Source of the DNA: Bacillota bacterium
GTDB lineage: Bacteria > Bacillota_I > Bacilli_A > RFN20 > CAG-826
Length of the DNA: 64,000 nt
Reading direction: 5' to 3'
NCBI GenBank assembly: GCA_023393065.1
Contig: JAEWMX010000005.1
Location: 9,566-73,565, forward strand
The position numbers and the translations under genes were made by a program. Each line of letters opens with the position of its first letter. Within the stretch, counting starts at the first letter, position 1. This document shows, in pieces, positions 22,174-32,682 of the stretch. The notes under the pieces were generated by a model. The model had not been told where the DNA came from, did not search any database, and was given only the letters and a program-made list of their open reading frames with translations.

Positions 22174-23028
22174 ATGTATATCAAAGCGCATGCCAAAATC
22201 AACATTGCTCTCAATGTTCTAGGTAAGGACGACAAGGGTTATCATCAACTCGATATGGTGAACCTTCCGCTCGAGCTCCACGATTCGATTGAGATTGCTG
22301 TTTTGCCAAATTCTACCGACTCTTTCATCACTTGTGACGACATAGAAGTTGAAGACACTAAATACAACTTAATTACTATTGCGATTGCCAAGGCGCGCGA
22401 AAAATACAAATTTAAGCAACAATTTACGGTTCATGTCTATAAGGAAATTCCTATTTCGGCCGGTTTGGCTGGAGGAAGCGCGAACGCCGCCGCCGTTTTA
22501 AACGCCCTTTTCCAATTATTGAAAATACATCCAACCTACGAAGAAAAAATTGAACTCGCCAAATCGATAGGCGCGGATGTCCCTTACTGCCTTTTCAACA
22601 TACCGGCTCGCGTTCGCGGAATCGGGGAAATTATTGAACCGATTAAAATCAAAAAAGTTTACCAAGTCTTAATTGTCAAACCCTTAAAAGGACTATCGAC
22701 TAAAAATGTATTTGATCGCGCCGATATCATGGAGTTAGAAAATGGAGATAATGATAATGTCATCGCGGCGTTAGCAAAAGGCGACGACGAGTTGCTGGCA
22801 AAATCGGTGCATAATGCCCTCGAAAAGCCGTCTTTTTCGATGTTGCCAGAAATCGAAAAAATCAAAAAATCGCTATTGCAAGAAGGGCTGAAGACAGTCT
22901 TAATGAGCGGTTCCGGGAGCTCGGTTATCGCTCTTGATGACGATGCTAAAAAGCTGGCAAAATTAGAGAAAAAGTATGCAAAAATGGGTTATGATACGCG
23001 ATTAACCCGCACTTTAAGGAGCAGATAA
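22174..23028 (+). CDS. ispE: 4-diphosphocytidyl-2-C-methyl-D-erythritol kinase
   Basis: GHMP kinase motif PISAGLAGGSANAAA. Start taken at the internal Met (MYIKAHAKINIAL), which is preceded by AAGGAAG. Confidence 0.85.
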   Translation: MYIKAHAKINIALNVLGKDDKGYHQLDMVNLPLELHDSIEIAVLPNSTDSFITCDDIEVEDTKYNLITIAIAKAREKYKFKQQFTVHVYKEIPISAGLAGGSANAAAVLNALFQLLKIHPTYEEKIELAKSIGADVPYCLFNIPARVRGIGEIIEPIKIKKVYQVLIVKPLKGLSTKNVFDRADIMELENGDNDNVIAALAKGDDELLAKSVHNALEKPSFSMLPEIEKIKKSLLQEGLKTVLMSGSGSSVIALDDDAKKLAKLEKKYAKMGYDTRLTRTLRSR

Positions 23029-23029
23029 T

Positions 23030-24439
23030 ATGAAAACATTCGCGATTATTCTAGCAGCCGGTAAAGGTACGAGGATGAAGTCTCTTCTCGAAGACAAATC
23101 AAAAGTGAGCTATCCCATTCTCGGCGTGCCTCTTGTCAAGCACGTGCTTAATGCCCTTCGCCCGCTTTCAATCGAGCGCAAAGTGACGATTGTCGGTTTC
23201 GGCGGACCAGCAACTGAGGAAATTGTTCGCGATGAATCCGAAATCGTCTATCAACTTGAACAAAAAGGTACGGGACACGCCATCATGCAAGTCGCACCGC
23301 TTCTTGCCGGCCAAGAAGGAACGGCATTGATCGTCTGCGGCGACACCCCTTTATTAAAAACATCAACGCTGCAAAAACTTATCGATCAGCACAACAAAGA
23401 GAAGAATAAACTTACCGTCTTATCCGCAATCGTTCCTCAGCCTCGCGGTTATGGGCGTATTATTCGCGCAAGCGATGGTAGCGTCTTAGAAATAGTCGAG
23501 CAAGCCGACGTAAACGAGCAGCAAAACGCCATCGATGAAGTGAACGCCGGAGTCTATGTCTTTGACAACATGTTGCTGTTCGAATATTTAAATAATCTGA
23601 AACCAAATAACGCTCAAGGCGAATACTATCTCACAGATCTTATCAAGATGTTTAAAAATAACGGCTTGAAAATCGGCGCGTCCATCGCCGCTGATTATCA
23701 AGAGATGCTCGGTATCAACGACCGCCGTCAACTCGAAGAAGCGGCTACCATCATGAGGCGTGAGATCAATGAACGTCACATGCTTGCCGGTGTCACCATC
23801 GAAGATTCGTCATCGACTTTTATCGGACCAGATGTCACAATCGGACCCGACACTATCATTCGCCCAGGAACCCATATCTTAGGCCAAACGACGATTGGCA
23901 AACAAAATGTCATCGGACCATCCACTTATCTCGATAATGTAATTATCGGTGATGACAATCATGTCATTTTCTCGCATGTTGTCGATTCGAGTATCGGAAA
24001 TGCGAACGAAGTGGGACCCTATGCTCGCATTCGCGGCCACTCAGTTATCGGCACTCATACCCGCGTTGGCAATTTCGTTGAATTCAAAGCATGTATTCTC
24101 CATGATGGGGCGAAAGCTGCTCACTTATCTTATTTAGGCGATGTCGATGTCGGTGAAAAGGCAAACATCGGCTGTGGCACTATCGTCGCTAACTATGACG
24201 GCTACAACAAAACCAAAACATTCATCGGTAAAGACGTTTTTGTCGGCTCAGGCAGCACCATTATTTCACCGGTCGTCCTCGAAGACAATTCGTTCATCGC
24301 TGCTGGCTCGACCATTAATCGCAGCGTGCCCAAAGATGACATGGCTATCGCTCGCGCTCGGCAAGAAAACAAACCAGGCTACGGCGTTGTCGTAAGAGAA
24401 AGAGCCTTGCAAAAGAAGTTGGCCAATCAAAAGAAATAG
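23030..24439 (+). CDS. glmU: bifunctional GlcNAc-1-P uridyltransferase / GlcN-1-P acetyltransferase
   Basis: 469 aa with LAAGKGTRM at the N-terminus and left-handed beta-helix hexapeptide repeats at the C-terminus. Confidence 0.95.
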   Translation: MKTFAIILAAGKGTRMKSLLEDKSKVSYPILGVPLVKHVLNALRPLSIERKVTIVGFGGPATEEIVRDESEIVYQLEQKGTGHAIMQVAPLLAGQEGTALIVCGDTPLLKTSTLQKLIDQHNKEKNKLTVLSAIVPQPRGYGRIIRASDGSVLEIVEQADVNEQQNAIDEVNAGVYVFDNMLLFEYLNNLKPNNAQGEYYLTDLIKMFKNNGLKIGASIAADYQEMLGINDRRQLEEAATIMRREINERHMLAGVTIEDSSSTFIGPDVTIGPDTIIRPGTHILGQTTIGKQNVIGPSTYLDNVIIGDDNHVIFSHVVDSSIGNANEVGPYARIRGHSVIGTHTRVGNFVEFKACILHDGAKAAHLSYLGDVDVGEKANIGCGTIVANYDGYNKTKTFIGKDVFVGSGSTIISPVVLEDNSFIAAGSTINRSVPKDDMAIARARQENKPGYGVVVRERALQKKLANQKK

Positions 24440-24446
24440 CAGATGT

Positions 24447-24481
24447 AAAAAACGCCAATCACAATGTGAAATGGCGTTTTT
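24447..24481. terminator. bidirectional terminator between glmU and ppdK
   Basis: Stem AACGCCA/TGGCGTT, flanked by an A-run and a T-run. Confidence 0.6.
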
Positions 24482-24500
24482 ATTTGCTTTGAACTAAGAG

Positions 24501-27137
24501 TTATTTCTTAGCGGCTTTGGCTTTGATAGCAGCTTGAGCGGCGGCGAGGCGAGCGACCGGCACGCGGAACGGCGAGCAGCTGACATAATCAAGTCCAACA
24601 TTATGGAAGAATTCAACGGAGACGGGATCACCGCCGTGTTCGCCGCATACGCCGATATGGAGATCGGGGTTGGCTTTACGGCCGTTTTCAACCGACATTT
24701 TGATCAATTGGCCAACACCGCGTTGATCGACGGTGCGGAATGGATCTTGTTCGAAAATCTTCTTCGCATAATAGTCGTTTAAGAACTTGCCGGCATCATC
24801 ACGCGAGAAACCATAGGTCATCTGCGTTAAGTCGTTGGTACCGAAACTGAAGAAGGCTGAACCTTTGGCAATTTCGCCAGCAAGCAAGGCGGCGCGTGGG
24901 ATTTCAATCATCGTACCGACGTAATAGACGAGTTTTTGACCCGAGGCGGCGATGATTTCATCGGCGGTTTCAGTGATAATCTTTTTAACGAATTCAAATT
25001 CCTTGGAATCGAGCGTTAACGGAATCATGATTTCGGGAGTGATCTTCTTGCCGGTATCCTTTTGAACTTGGAGAGCGGCTTCAATGATAGCGCGGGTTTG
25101 CATTCTGCCGATTTCCGGATAGGAAACGTCAAGGCGGCAACCGCGGTGACCCATCATCGGGTTAAATTCATGGAGATCGTCGATGCGCGCTTTGATTTCT
25201 TCAGGCGTTTTGTCGAGTTCTTTAGCCAACTCTTCAATTTGATCATCTTCTTGGGGAAGGAATTCATGAAGCGGTGGATCAAGGAGACGGACGTTAACGT
25301 TAAGTTCGCCCATAATCGAGAATAGTTTGTAGAAGTCGTCACGTTGATAAGGGAGTAGTTCGGCAAGCGCTTCTTCTCGGCCTTCGACTGAGTCTTCCAG
25401 AATCATTTTTCTCATGAAAAAGATGCGATCTTTTTCAAAGAACATATGTTCGGTGCGAGCAAGCCCGATACCTTCGGCACCAAAATTGTAGGCCGTCTGA
25501 GCATCGCGGGGAGTTTCAGCATTAGCACGAACACGGAGAGTGCGTCGTTCATCAGCCCACTTCATGATGCGTCCGAAGTAGCCAGTTAGCTGAGCTTCTA
25601 CGGTTTTGATGGCACCTAGGTAGACATTACCGGTTGATCCATCAAGAGAGAAAATGTCGTTAACGCCATAGACTTTCTTACCGATTTTGGCGGTTTTCTT
25701 CTCCTCATCGACGATGATACCAGTCGCGCCGGCGACGCAGGTTTTACCCATTCCGCGAGCGACGACAGCAGCGTGTGAAGTCATTCCACCGCGCATGGTG
25801 AGAATACCTTCGGCCGCAACCATGCCTTCAATGTCTTCAGGCGAGGTTTCGGCGCGGACAAGAATTACTTTTTCGCCAGCTTCGTGGCGCTCTTTCGCTT
25901 CCTTGGCGGTAAAGGCAAGTTTGCCAGTTCCAGCGCCTGGGGAGGCCGGTAAGCCCACAGCGATCGGTTCGGTTTTAGCGAGCTCGTTTTTATCAAAACT
26001 CGGGTGTAGTAGCGTATCGAGAATGTTGGGATCAACCCTTAAGACGGCTTCGTCTTCTGATATAATTCCTTCATCGACTAAATCGCATGCGATCTTTAGA
26101 GCGGCTTGCGCCGTTCTTTTGCCGTTGCGGGTTTGCAAGAAATAAAGCTTTCCGTCTTCGACGGTGAACTCCATGTCTTGCATATCGTGATAGTGGTTTT
26201 CCATCCTGTTGATCGTCGATACGAATTCTTCGTAGACTTTTGGCATTCTGGCATTAAGTTCTTCGATGTGAAGAGGAGTGCGGAGACCAGCGACGACGTC
26301 TTCGCCCTGAGCATTTGGTAGATATTCGGCAAAAACTTTCTTTTCACCGGTCGATGGCGAGCGCGAGAAGGCGACGCCGGTACCGCTGTTTTCGTTTTTG
26401 TTGCCGAAGACCATCGATTGGACATTGACGGCGGTGCCCCAATCGTAAGGAATGTTATTCATCTTACGATAGACATTAGCGCGCGGGTTGTCCCATGAAC
26501 GGAAGACGGCGGTGATAGCTTCAATGGCTTGACGGTAAGGATCATTTGGGAAATCCTCACCAAAGACTTTTTTATAATAAGCCTTGTACTTCTTGACGAG
26601 TTCTTTGAGCTCATCGGCGGTAATTTCGGTGTCGAGTTTATAACCTCTACGCTCTTTGAGCTCTTCGAGCATTTTATCCATTTCGGTCCGGGGGTGGCCC
26701 TTGGCGATATTGGTAAACATGACGATGAAACGGCGATAGCAGTCATAGGCGAATCTCTCATTGTTGGTTTCGCTAGCCATCGCTTGAACGGTGTTATCGT
26801 TTAAACCAAGGTTTAAGATAGTATCCATCATGCCTGGCATGCTGGCGCGAGCACCAGAGCGAACAGACACGAGCAACGGGTTGTGTGAACCGCCGAAATT
26901 CTTTCCGGTTTCTTTTTCGATGACATGAATCGCATCGTAGATTTCCTTAACTAAGTAATCAGGAAGATTTTTGCCGCTGTTGTAATAAAGCGTGCAAGCT
27001 TCGGTCGAAACAGTAAAACCTTGAGGGATGGAAATGCCGATATGAGTCATCTCAGCGAGACCGGCGCCTTTTCCTCCAAGGAGTTCTTTTCCAAGACCAT
27101 GGGCTTCTTTAAAATTGTAGACATATTTTTTTGCCAT
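24501..27137 (-). CDS. ppdK: pyruvate, phosphate dikinase
   Basis: 878 aa with the phosphohistidine region GGMTSHAAVVARG and the PEP-utilizing C-terminal TIM domain. Confidence 0.95.
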   Translation of the reverse strand: MAKKYVYNFKEAHGLGKELLGGKGAGLAEMTHIGISIPQGFTVSTEACTLYYNSGKNLPDYLVKEIYDAIHVIEKETGKNFGGSHNPLLVSVRSGARASMPGMMDTILNLGLNDNTVQAMASETNNERFAYDCYRRFIVMFTNIAKGHPRTEMDKMLEELKERRGYKLDTEITADELKELVKKYKAYYKKVFGEDFPNDPYRQAIEAITAVFRSWDNPRANVYRKMNNIPYDWGTAVNVQSMVFGNKNENSGTGVAFSRSPSTGEKKVFAEYLPNAQGEDVVAGLRTPLHIEELNARMPKVYEEFVSTINRMENHYHDMQDMEFTVEDGKLYFLQTRNGKRTAQAALKIACDLVDEGIISEDEAVLRVDPNILDTLLHPSFDKNELAKTEPIAVGLPASPGAGTGKLAFTAKEAKERHEAGEKVILVRAETSPEDIEGMVAAEGILTMRGGMTSHAAVVARGMGKTCVAGATGIIVDEEKKTAKIGKKVYGVNDIFSLDGSTGNVYLGAIKTVEAQLTGYFGRIMKWADERRTLRVRANAETPRDAQTAYNFGAEGIGLARTEHMFFEKDRIFFMRKMILEDSVEGREEALAELLPYQRDDFYKLFSIMGELNVNVRLLDPPLHEFLPQEDDQIEELAKELDKTPEEIKARIDDLHEFNPMMGHRGCRLDVSYPEIGRMQTRAIIEAALQVQKDTGKKITPEIMIPLTLDSKEFEFVKKIITETADEIIAASGQKLVYYVGTMIEIPRAALLAGEIAKGSAFFSFGTNDLTQMTYGFSRDDAGKFLNDYYAKKIFEQDPFRTVDQRGVGQLIKMSVENGRKANPDLHIGVCGEHGGDPVSVEFFHNVGLDYVSCSPFRVPVARLAAAQAAIKAKAAKK

Positions 27138-27258
27138 TTTTTTCTCCTTTATTTTCTTTATGAGCTGTCTTCGCTCACCGATACAAGAATATCATAGATA
27201 TTAGACAAAAATAACTAAAATCGCTCATGTAAGCGTTTTTATCTAGGATAAAACAGAA

Positions 27259-28203
27259 TTAGCGGATTTCCGAAATTAAATGTTCCCAAGGCATGCCTTG
27301 GATAGGAAAGGCCTTGCGTGACAAGATGATGCGTTTAATTTTCTCGGCGCGGTGGAGCTCGATAAAAAACGACCTTTCATTGACTTTAATCGACAGCAAA
27401 ACATCGGCAAAGATAGAAAGCCAGTAGCGGAATCCGCGTTTAAAAAACTCCTCAATGATTAATTTGTCGCCCGTTTGTTCGGCAAGGTAGCGGACAGCCG
27501 CAAAACATTTGAGATGCAAATCGGTTCGATTGCTAGATAGGTTAGTTGTCGCCGATTCGTTCGTGCGCCGATAGAAATACAATGGCTCGGTGATAGTGAC
27601 GGATTTATTGGCTTTACAATAGAGAGCAAAATTGATTAAAAAATCTTCGAACATGATGAGTCGACTTGAGACCGGCAGCTTTGTGTTTTTTATTAAATCA
27701 GCGCGGTACATCTTCATCGGCATATAGCCGCGAATGTTAAAATCGCGAAGCAGCGTGCGGACGCCTTGGATTCGATTCAGTACTTGTTTGCGGGCTAAAA
27801 TGTTACGGCTGATGCGACCGTTGGCCTTAATCTTAACATATGAGCAATTGATGATATCGGCCTCGTTTTGCGTGATTGTCTCATACATCTTTTTTAGAAA
27901 AGAAAGCTTATACATATCGTCGCTATCAAGAAAGCAAATATATTGTCCTCTAGCTTCATCGATGCCGCGCTTGCGAGCGAATCCGACCGATAGGCCATCG
28001 GTGATAATCTGGCGGACAAACTTGTACTTTTTAGCATATTTTTCGATGATTTCGCGACTGTTATCGGTCGAGCCATTATTGATGATCAAAACCTCATAAG
28101 GCAATGAAAAATCCTGCGAAACGACACTAAACAAGCAAGATGAAAGGTATTTTTCGGAATTCCGAACAGGAATGATTACACTTACTGCGATGGGGTTGGC
28201 CAT
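27259..28203 (-). CDS. family 2 glycosyltransferase
   Basis: 314 aa with VSVIIPVRN, NNGSTD and the DSDD (DXD) motif. Confidence 0.8.
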   Translation of the reverse strand: MANPIAVSVIIPVRNSEKYLSSCLFSVVSQDFSLPYEVLIINNGSTDNSREIIEKYAKKYKFVRQIITDGLSVGFARKRGIDEARGQYICFLDSDDMYKLSFLKKMYETITQNEADIINCSYVKIKANGRISRNILARKQVLNRIQGVRTLLRDFNIRGYMPMKMYRADLIKNTKLPVSSRLIMFEDFLINFALYCKANKSVTITEPLYFYRRTNESATTNLSSNRTDLHLKCFAAVRYLAEQTGDKLIIEEFFKRGFRYWLSIFADVLLSIKVNERSFFIELHRAEKIKRIILSRKAFPIQGMPWEHLISEIR

Positions 28204-28260
28204 AGTTACTCGTATAGCAATTTTAGCATAAATAGAAGAATCAAACCTCGATGCTTATTA

Positions 28261-28290
28261 ATAAAACGCCTCCCGATCTTTGGAAGGCGT
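28261..28290 (-). terminator. rho-independent terminator after the ABC exporter operon
   Basis: Stem ACGCCTCC/GGAAGGCGT with one bulge, followed on the minus strand by TTTTAT. Confidence 0.6.
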
Positions 28291-28303
28291 AAGACAATCG
28301 TAT

Positions 28304-30145
28304 TTATACCACCATCTCTTGCTTGATGCCGTTTTCTAACTCCGGCTCAGCGAGAGGGTTGCGACCCGAGAACTGAGCATTGTATAGTTCAGCATAGAAA
28401 CCGTTGTTTGCCAGCAACTCGCTATGACTTCCAATTTCGACGATTTGACCTTTTTGCATGACGATAATAACCTTGGCGTTTTTAATCGTCGAAAGGCGGT
28501 GGGCGATGATGAAACTCGTTTTACCGACCATCATTTTGTTCATTGCATCTTGAATCGCAAGTTCAGTGCGAGTATCGACGCTGGATGTCGCTTCGTCGAG
28601 AATCAGGATTTTTGGTTTTGACACAATCGCTCGCGCGATGGTAATCAATTGGCGCTGGCCTTGCGAGATATTGGTACCATCTTCATTGAGCATGAAATCA
28701 TAGCCACCAGGCAAGGTTTTTATAAAGTGATCGGCATGCGCCTGTTTGGCAGCTTCTTCGATGTCTCCATCGGTTGCGTCGCTTCGGCCATAGCGAATAT
28801 TTTCGCGAATCGAATCAGCGAACAGCCAAGTATCTTGAAGAACCATGCCGACGGCGCCGCGAAGGACACCGCGCTTGTAATTACGAATATCGATGCCATC
28901 GAGAAGAATGCGACCGCTATTAACTTCATAGAAGCGCATGATGAGATTGACAATTGTCGTCTTGCCGGCACCTGTCGGACCGACAATTGCGATACTATCG
29001 CCAGTGTTGACTTTTAAGTTGAAATTTTGAATTAGAGGCTTATCAGGAGCATATGAAAATTCGACATTATCAAAAATTATCTCGCCTTTGATACCGTCTT
29101 CACTTGCGATCGCCTCTTGTGAATCGACTTCCATCTCAGGTTCGTTGATGAGTTCATAAATGCGCTCACCGGAAGCCAATACCGATTGAATGACGCTCGA
29201 AATTTGTCCGATCTGCTGGAACGGTTGCTGGAACATTTGCAAGAACAAGAAGAAGGCGACCATGTCTCCAGGGTTTTGCAAGATGCCACCGACGACGCTG
29301 ACACCGATGAAACCGAGATTGCCGATAAAGCGCATCGTCGGGAAAATAAAACCGGACAGCCACTGTGATTTCCAATCGGCTTTCATCATCGTCTCATTGA
29401 CTTTTTCAAAAGCTTGAGCGACATCATTTTCTTTGTTGAAAAGTTTAACGATTTTAAAACCGGAATAATTTTCTTCGGCTATCGAATTCAGTTTACCGAG
29501 ATGAGCGCGGTATTTTTTAAATTCCTTCTGAGCATTGACGGCAATCAAGACCGTAAAGAGAATTGTGAAAGGCAATATCGCAATGGCCACGAGAGCCAGT
29601 TGCCACGATGTGACAAACATGGCGATTACCGTTCCGAGGAACATCGAGATGCCAAGAATCGACTGATTGATAATATGGCTCATATTTCGCGAGATATTGT
29701 CGACATCGTTCGTGCCACGAGATAAAATCTCGCCATATGTATTCTTGTCAAAATAACTAAGAGGCAGGCGATCGAGTTTGTCTTTGATTTTACTGCGGAC
29801 ATCATAAGCGTAATCGGCGGAAATCTTCACGACGATCCAATCGGCGAGCCACATGAACAAAGCCGAACCGACATAAAATGACATCATGACGGCGACTTGC
29901 TTTAGGACTTCGGGCCAATCAATGACGTAAATGCCGTCAATCTTTACTGCTAAATTCTTGAAATTATTGACGAATTCGCCGAGGAATATCGGCAGTAAGA
30001 CCGATAGGGTTGACGAAGCGAGAAGAATGAAAATGACGAAGATAAAGACGCCTAATAGCGGTTTAAAATCAGCGAGGATGTGTGAGGCCGCTCTTCGGAG
30101 GTTTTTGGGCTTGGCACCCATCATCGCATCGGTTGAACGTGGCAT
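28304..30145 (-). CDS. ABC exporter, fused permease/ATPase (type I, multidrug/lipid-like)
   Basis: 613 aa with a 6-TM domain, Walker A GPTGAGKTT, signature ISQGQRQ and Walker B ILILDEA. Confidence 0.9.
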   Translation of the reverse strand: MPRSTDAMMGAKPKNLRRAASHILADFKPLLGVFIFVIFILLASSTLSVLLPIFLGEFVNNFKNLAVKIDGIYVIDWPEVLKQVAVMMSFYVGSALFMWLADWIVVKISADYAYDVRSKIKDKLDRLPLSYFDKNTYGEILSRGTNDVDNISRNMSHIINQSILGISMFLGTVIAMFVTSWQLALVAIAILPFTILFTVLIAVNAQKEFKKYRAHLGKLNSIAEENYSGFKIVKLFNKENDVAQAFEKVNETMMKADWKSQWLSGFIFPTMRFIGNLGFIGVSVVGGILQNPGDMVAFFLFLQMFQQPFQQIGQISSVIQSVLASGERIYELINEPEMEVDSQEAIASEDGIKGEIIFDNVEFSYAPDKPLIQNFNLKVNTGDSIAIVGPTGAGKTTIVNLIMRFYEVNSGRILLDGIDIRNYKRGVLRGAVGMVLQDTWLFADSIRENIRYGRSDATDGDIEEAAKQAHADHFIKTLPGGYDFMLNEDGTNISQGQRQLITIARAIVSKPKILILDEATSSVDTRTELAIQDAMNKMMVGKTSFIIAHRLSTIKNAKVIIVMQKGQIVEIGSHSELLANNGFYAELYNAQFSGRNPLAEPELENGIKQEMVV

Positions 30146-31938
30146 TATTCGTCACCTCCTTCCGCGAGGAGAACTTGTTTCTTTATTTCAAGAGTCCGTT
30201 TGATTTCGCTCTCATCCATCTGCGAGAAAACAATCTCCTGATATACTTGGCACTTCTTAAGTAATTCTTGGTGTTTGCCTTGCCCGACGATTTTGCCTTC
30301 ATTCAGGACGAGGATATTGTCAGCATCCATAATGGATGAGACGCGTTGAGCGACGATGATTACCGACGCTTGTTTGGTATATTGTTTTAATGCTGTGCGC
30401 AGGCGGATATCGGTCTTAAAATCGAGCGCTGAAAATGAATCGTCAAAAATGTATATCTCGGGTTTCTTAATGAGGGCGCGAGCGATGGCGAGGCGCTGTT
30501 TTTGCCCGCCGGAAAAATTCTTGCCACCCTGCGAAACCTCGGCTTCAAAGCCATTTTCTTTTTTGGACACAAAGCGGGCAGCTTGTGCGACTTCTAATGC
30601 ACTTCTAATTTCTTCGTCAGTGCTATTTGGCTTGCCGAAGTTCATGTTGTCGCGAATCGTGCCAGAAAAAAGTAAGGCTTGTTGCGGAACAAAGCCGATT
30701 TTGTCACGTAGATCTTTTTGAATGTAGTCGCGAACATCGACCCCATCGACTAAAACACGCCCTTTGGATACATCATAGAAGCGGGGGATGAGATTGATTA
30801 TTGAAGATTTGCCGCTGCCGGTCGAGCCGATGATGGCCGTCACCTGACCCGGTTTAGCTTCAAAGGTAATGTTTTGCAAAGTCGGAACTTGAGAATCAGG
30901 AAAGGCAAAAGTGACATCTTCAAAGCTCACATGCCCGTAATCTTTACTAGTAATTTCCAACGGTGAATCTGGATCTTTAATGATGATTTTCGTATCCAAA
31001 ACTTGATTGATGCGGCGCGCGCTAACGCCAGCCCGCGGAATATTGATTAAAAGCATCGAGAACATGAGAAACGACATCATAATATGCATAGCATATTGCG
31101 AGGTGACTAGAATGTTATCTAATCTCGCGTCATTAGCGGTTCCATTGATAATCGCAAAGCCAAAAAGAAAGATGGCGAAATAGGTGAGGTCGAAAAAGAT
31201 TGAAATTAAGGGGCTGGCAAAAGACATCGTCCGGCCGACTTTGGTGATTAAGTTTGTCAGATTGCGGTTCACTTTCGAGAAGCGCGTCTTTTCTTTTTCT
31301 TCTTGGTTAAAAGCGCGAACGACGCGAACACCCGTCAATGAAGCCCGCAATACTTTTGTGACATCATCAATCGCTACCTGCAATTTTTTAAATAACGGCA
31401 TGGCAATCGCAAACAAAATGATGATGGTGAGAATAATTAAAGGAAGTGAGAAAGCGAGGATGATTGCAAGTTGCAAGTCAGTTCTTAGCACTTGAACGAT
31501 GGCTATAGCCATAATAACCGGCGACATCACCATGATACGAAGACCCATGACAATGACGGTCTGCACCATTTCGACATCATTGGTAGTTCGGGTCATCAGA
31601 GAAGCAGTGCCGATGCGGTCGTAATCGCCAGGCGAAAAGGTCAAAACCTTCTTAAATACCTCACCGCGAACCTTTTTACCGAAATAAGCGCCGACATAAG
31701 AGACGCTGATCGAAGTGGCAAAAGCGATGATAATCGTCGCTCCTGCATAAGCGAGCATTTCAAGGCCTTTATTAAAAATAAAAGTGTTATCTGCGCCCTC
31801 AATTCGCGTGATATTGGCGACGATCTCGCCCATTAGACGAGGAAGCATTAATTGCGAATAAGATTGAGCCCCAATCATCAGAAAAACGATAACAATCAGC
31901 CAGATTTTGGGTTTTAAGAAGCGAAATAGTTTAAACAT
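30145..31938 (-). CDS. ABC exporter, fused permease/ATPase (heterodimer partner)
   Basis: 597 aa with Walker A GSTGSGKSS, signature FSGGQKQR and Walker B IYIFDDS. It is start/stop coupled to its partner. Confidence 0.9.
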   Translation of the reverse strand: MFKLFRFLKPKIWLIVIVFLMIGAQSYSQLMLPRLMGEIVANITRIEGADNTFIFNKGLEMLAYAGATIIIAFATSISVSYVGAYFGKKVRGEVFKKVLTFSPGDYDRIGTASLMTRTTNDVEMVQTVIVMGLRIMVMSPVIMAIAIVQVLRTDLQLAIILAFSLPLIILTIIILFAIAMPLFKKLQVAIDDVTKVLRASLTGVRVVRAFNQEEKEKTRFSKVNRNLTNLITKVGRTMSFASPLISIFFDLTYFAIFLFGFAIINGTANDARLDNILVTSQYAMHIMMSFLMFSMLLINIPRAGVSARRINQVLDTKIIIKDPDSPLEITSKDYGHVSFEDVTFAFPDSQVPTLQNITFEAKPGQVTAIIGSTGSGKSSIINLIPRFYDVSKGRVLVDGVDVRDYIQKDLRDKIGFVPQQALLFSGTIRDNMNFGKPNSTDEEIRSALEVAQAARFVSKKENGFEAEVSQGGKNFSGGQKQRLAIARALIKKPEIYIFDDSFSALDFKTDIRLRTALKQYTKQASVIIVAQRVSSIMDADNILVLNEGKIVGQGKHQELLKKCQVYQEIVFSQMDESEIKRTLEIKKQVLLAEGGDE

Positions 31939-32555
31939 TAGTAGTTCCCCTTTCTGGTGAATAAATTCATGATGATGTCGGGACTGACGCGCGTCGGCGA
32001 TTTATTGACCATGCTCAATCGAGTGTAACATAATCCTTTGATTATGGAGTAATAAATGATTGCAAATTCTTTGGGATCTCCACCTGACACATCGCCTTCT
32101 TTTTGCCCGCGAGCGATCAGATCGATAAAGAAGTGGAAAAATGGTTTCTTAGGCCCAAAAGATTTGTTTTTCGGTGGCAAGGGTAATGTTTTTTGCAAAT
32201 GCATGTTGACGAACATATATAAGAAGTATGGCGAATCGTCTTCGCGATAAATCTCATCAAGCATGTGTGCGACAATTGTGCGGATGGCTTGAATCGCCAT
32301 AACTTTGTTAAAGTCATTGTCTCGTCGCCTTTGCAAGGCGCGTTCCTCGGCGATATTCATCAACTCGTGGAAAACCTCGGCCTTATTTCGAAAGTAATGA
32401 TAAAAAAGACCGTGCGAGCATTCGGATTCTTTGGTGATGTCGTTTACGACGACAGAATCATAGCCTCGCAAGGCAAAAAGGCGCAGAGCGGTATTGAGGA
32501 TACGCGCCTTTCTCTCGTCTTTAATCTGTTGGTTTTGTTCTGGTGTTTTAGGCAT
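31938..32555 (-). CDS. TetR/AcrR family transcriptional regulator
   Basis: Start taken at the internal ATG (MPKTPEQNQQIKDERKARILNTALRLFALRGY), the typical distance from the HTH. The upstream 21 codons overlap promoter and operator sequences. Confidence 0.8.
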   Translation of the reverse strand: MPKTPEQNQQIKDERKARILNTALRLFALRGYDSVVVNDITKESECSHGLFYHYFRNKAEVFHELMNIAEERALQRRRDNDFNKVMAIQAIRTIVAHMLDEIYREDDSPYFLYMFVNMHLQKTLPLPPKNKSFGPKKPFFHFFIDLIARGQKEGDVSGGDPKEFAIIYYSIIKGLCYTRLSMVNKSPTRVSPDIIMNLFTRKGNY

Positions 32556-32566
32556 GATAATTTTGA

Positions 32567-32618
32567 TTGACACATTTGTCAATGTAAAAAGTATAGACTT
32601 GTCTATGGTTATTTTCAA
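32567..32618 (-). promoter_or_regulatory. promoter with two perfect palindromes (candidate TetR operators)
   Basis: The minus strand reads TTGAAA (32613-32618), a 17-nt spacer, then TATACT (32590-32595). The palindromes are ATAGAC-TT-GTCTAT (32593-32606) and TTGACA-CATT-TGTCAA (32567-32582). Confidence 0.55.
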
Positions 32619-32642
32619 GGCCTTTTGAAAACATATTTATGG

Positions 32643-32667
32643 AAGAAAAAAGAGCACAATGTGCTCT
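32643..32667 (-). terminator. rho-independent terminator after PAP2 gene
   Basis: AGAGCAC-AAT-GTGCTCT, followed on the minus strand by TTTTTCTTC. Confidence 0.7.
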
Positions 32668-32682
32668 ATTCTGTATCAATTA

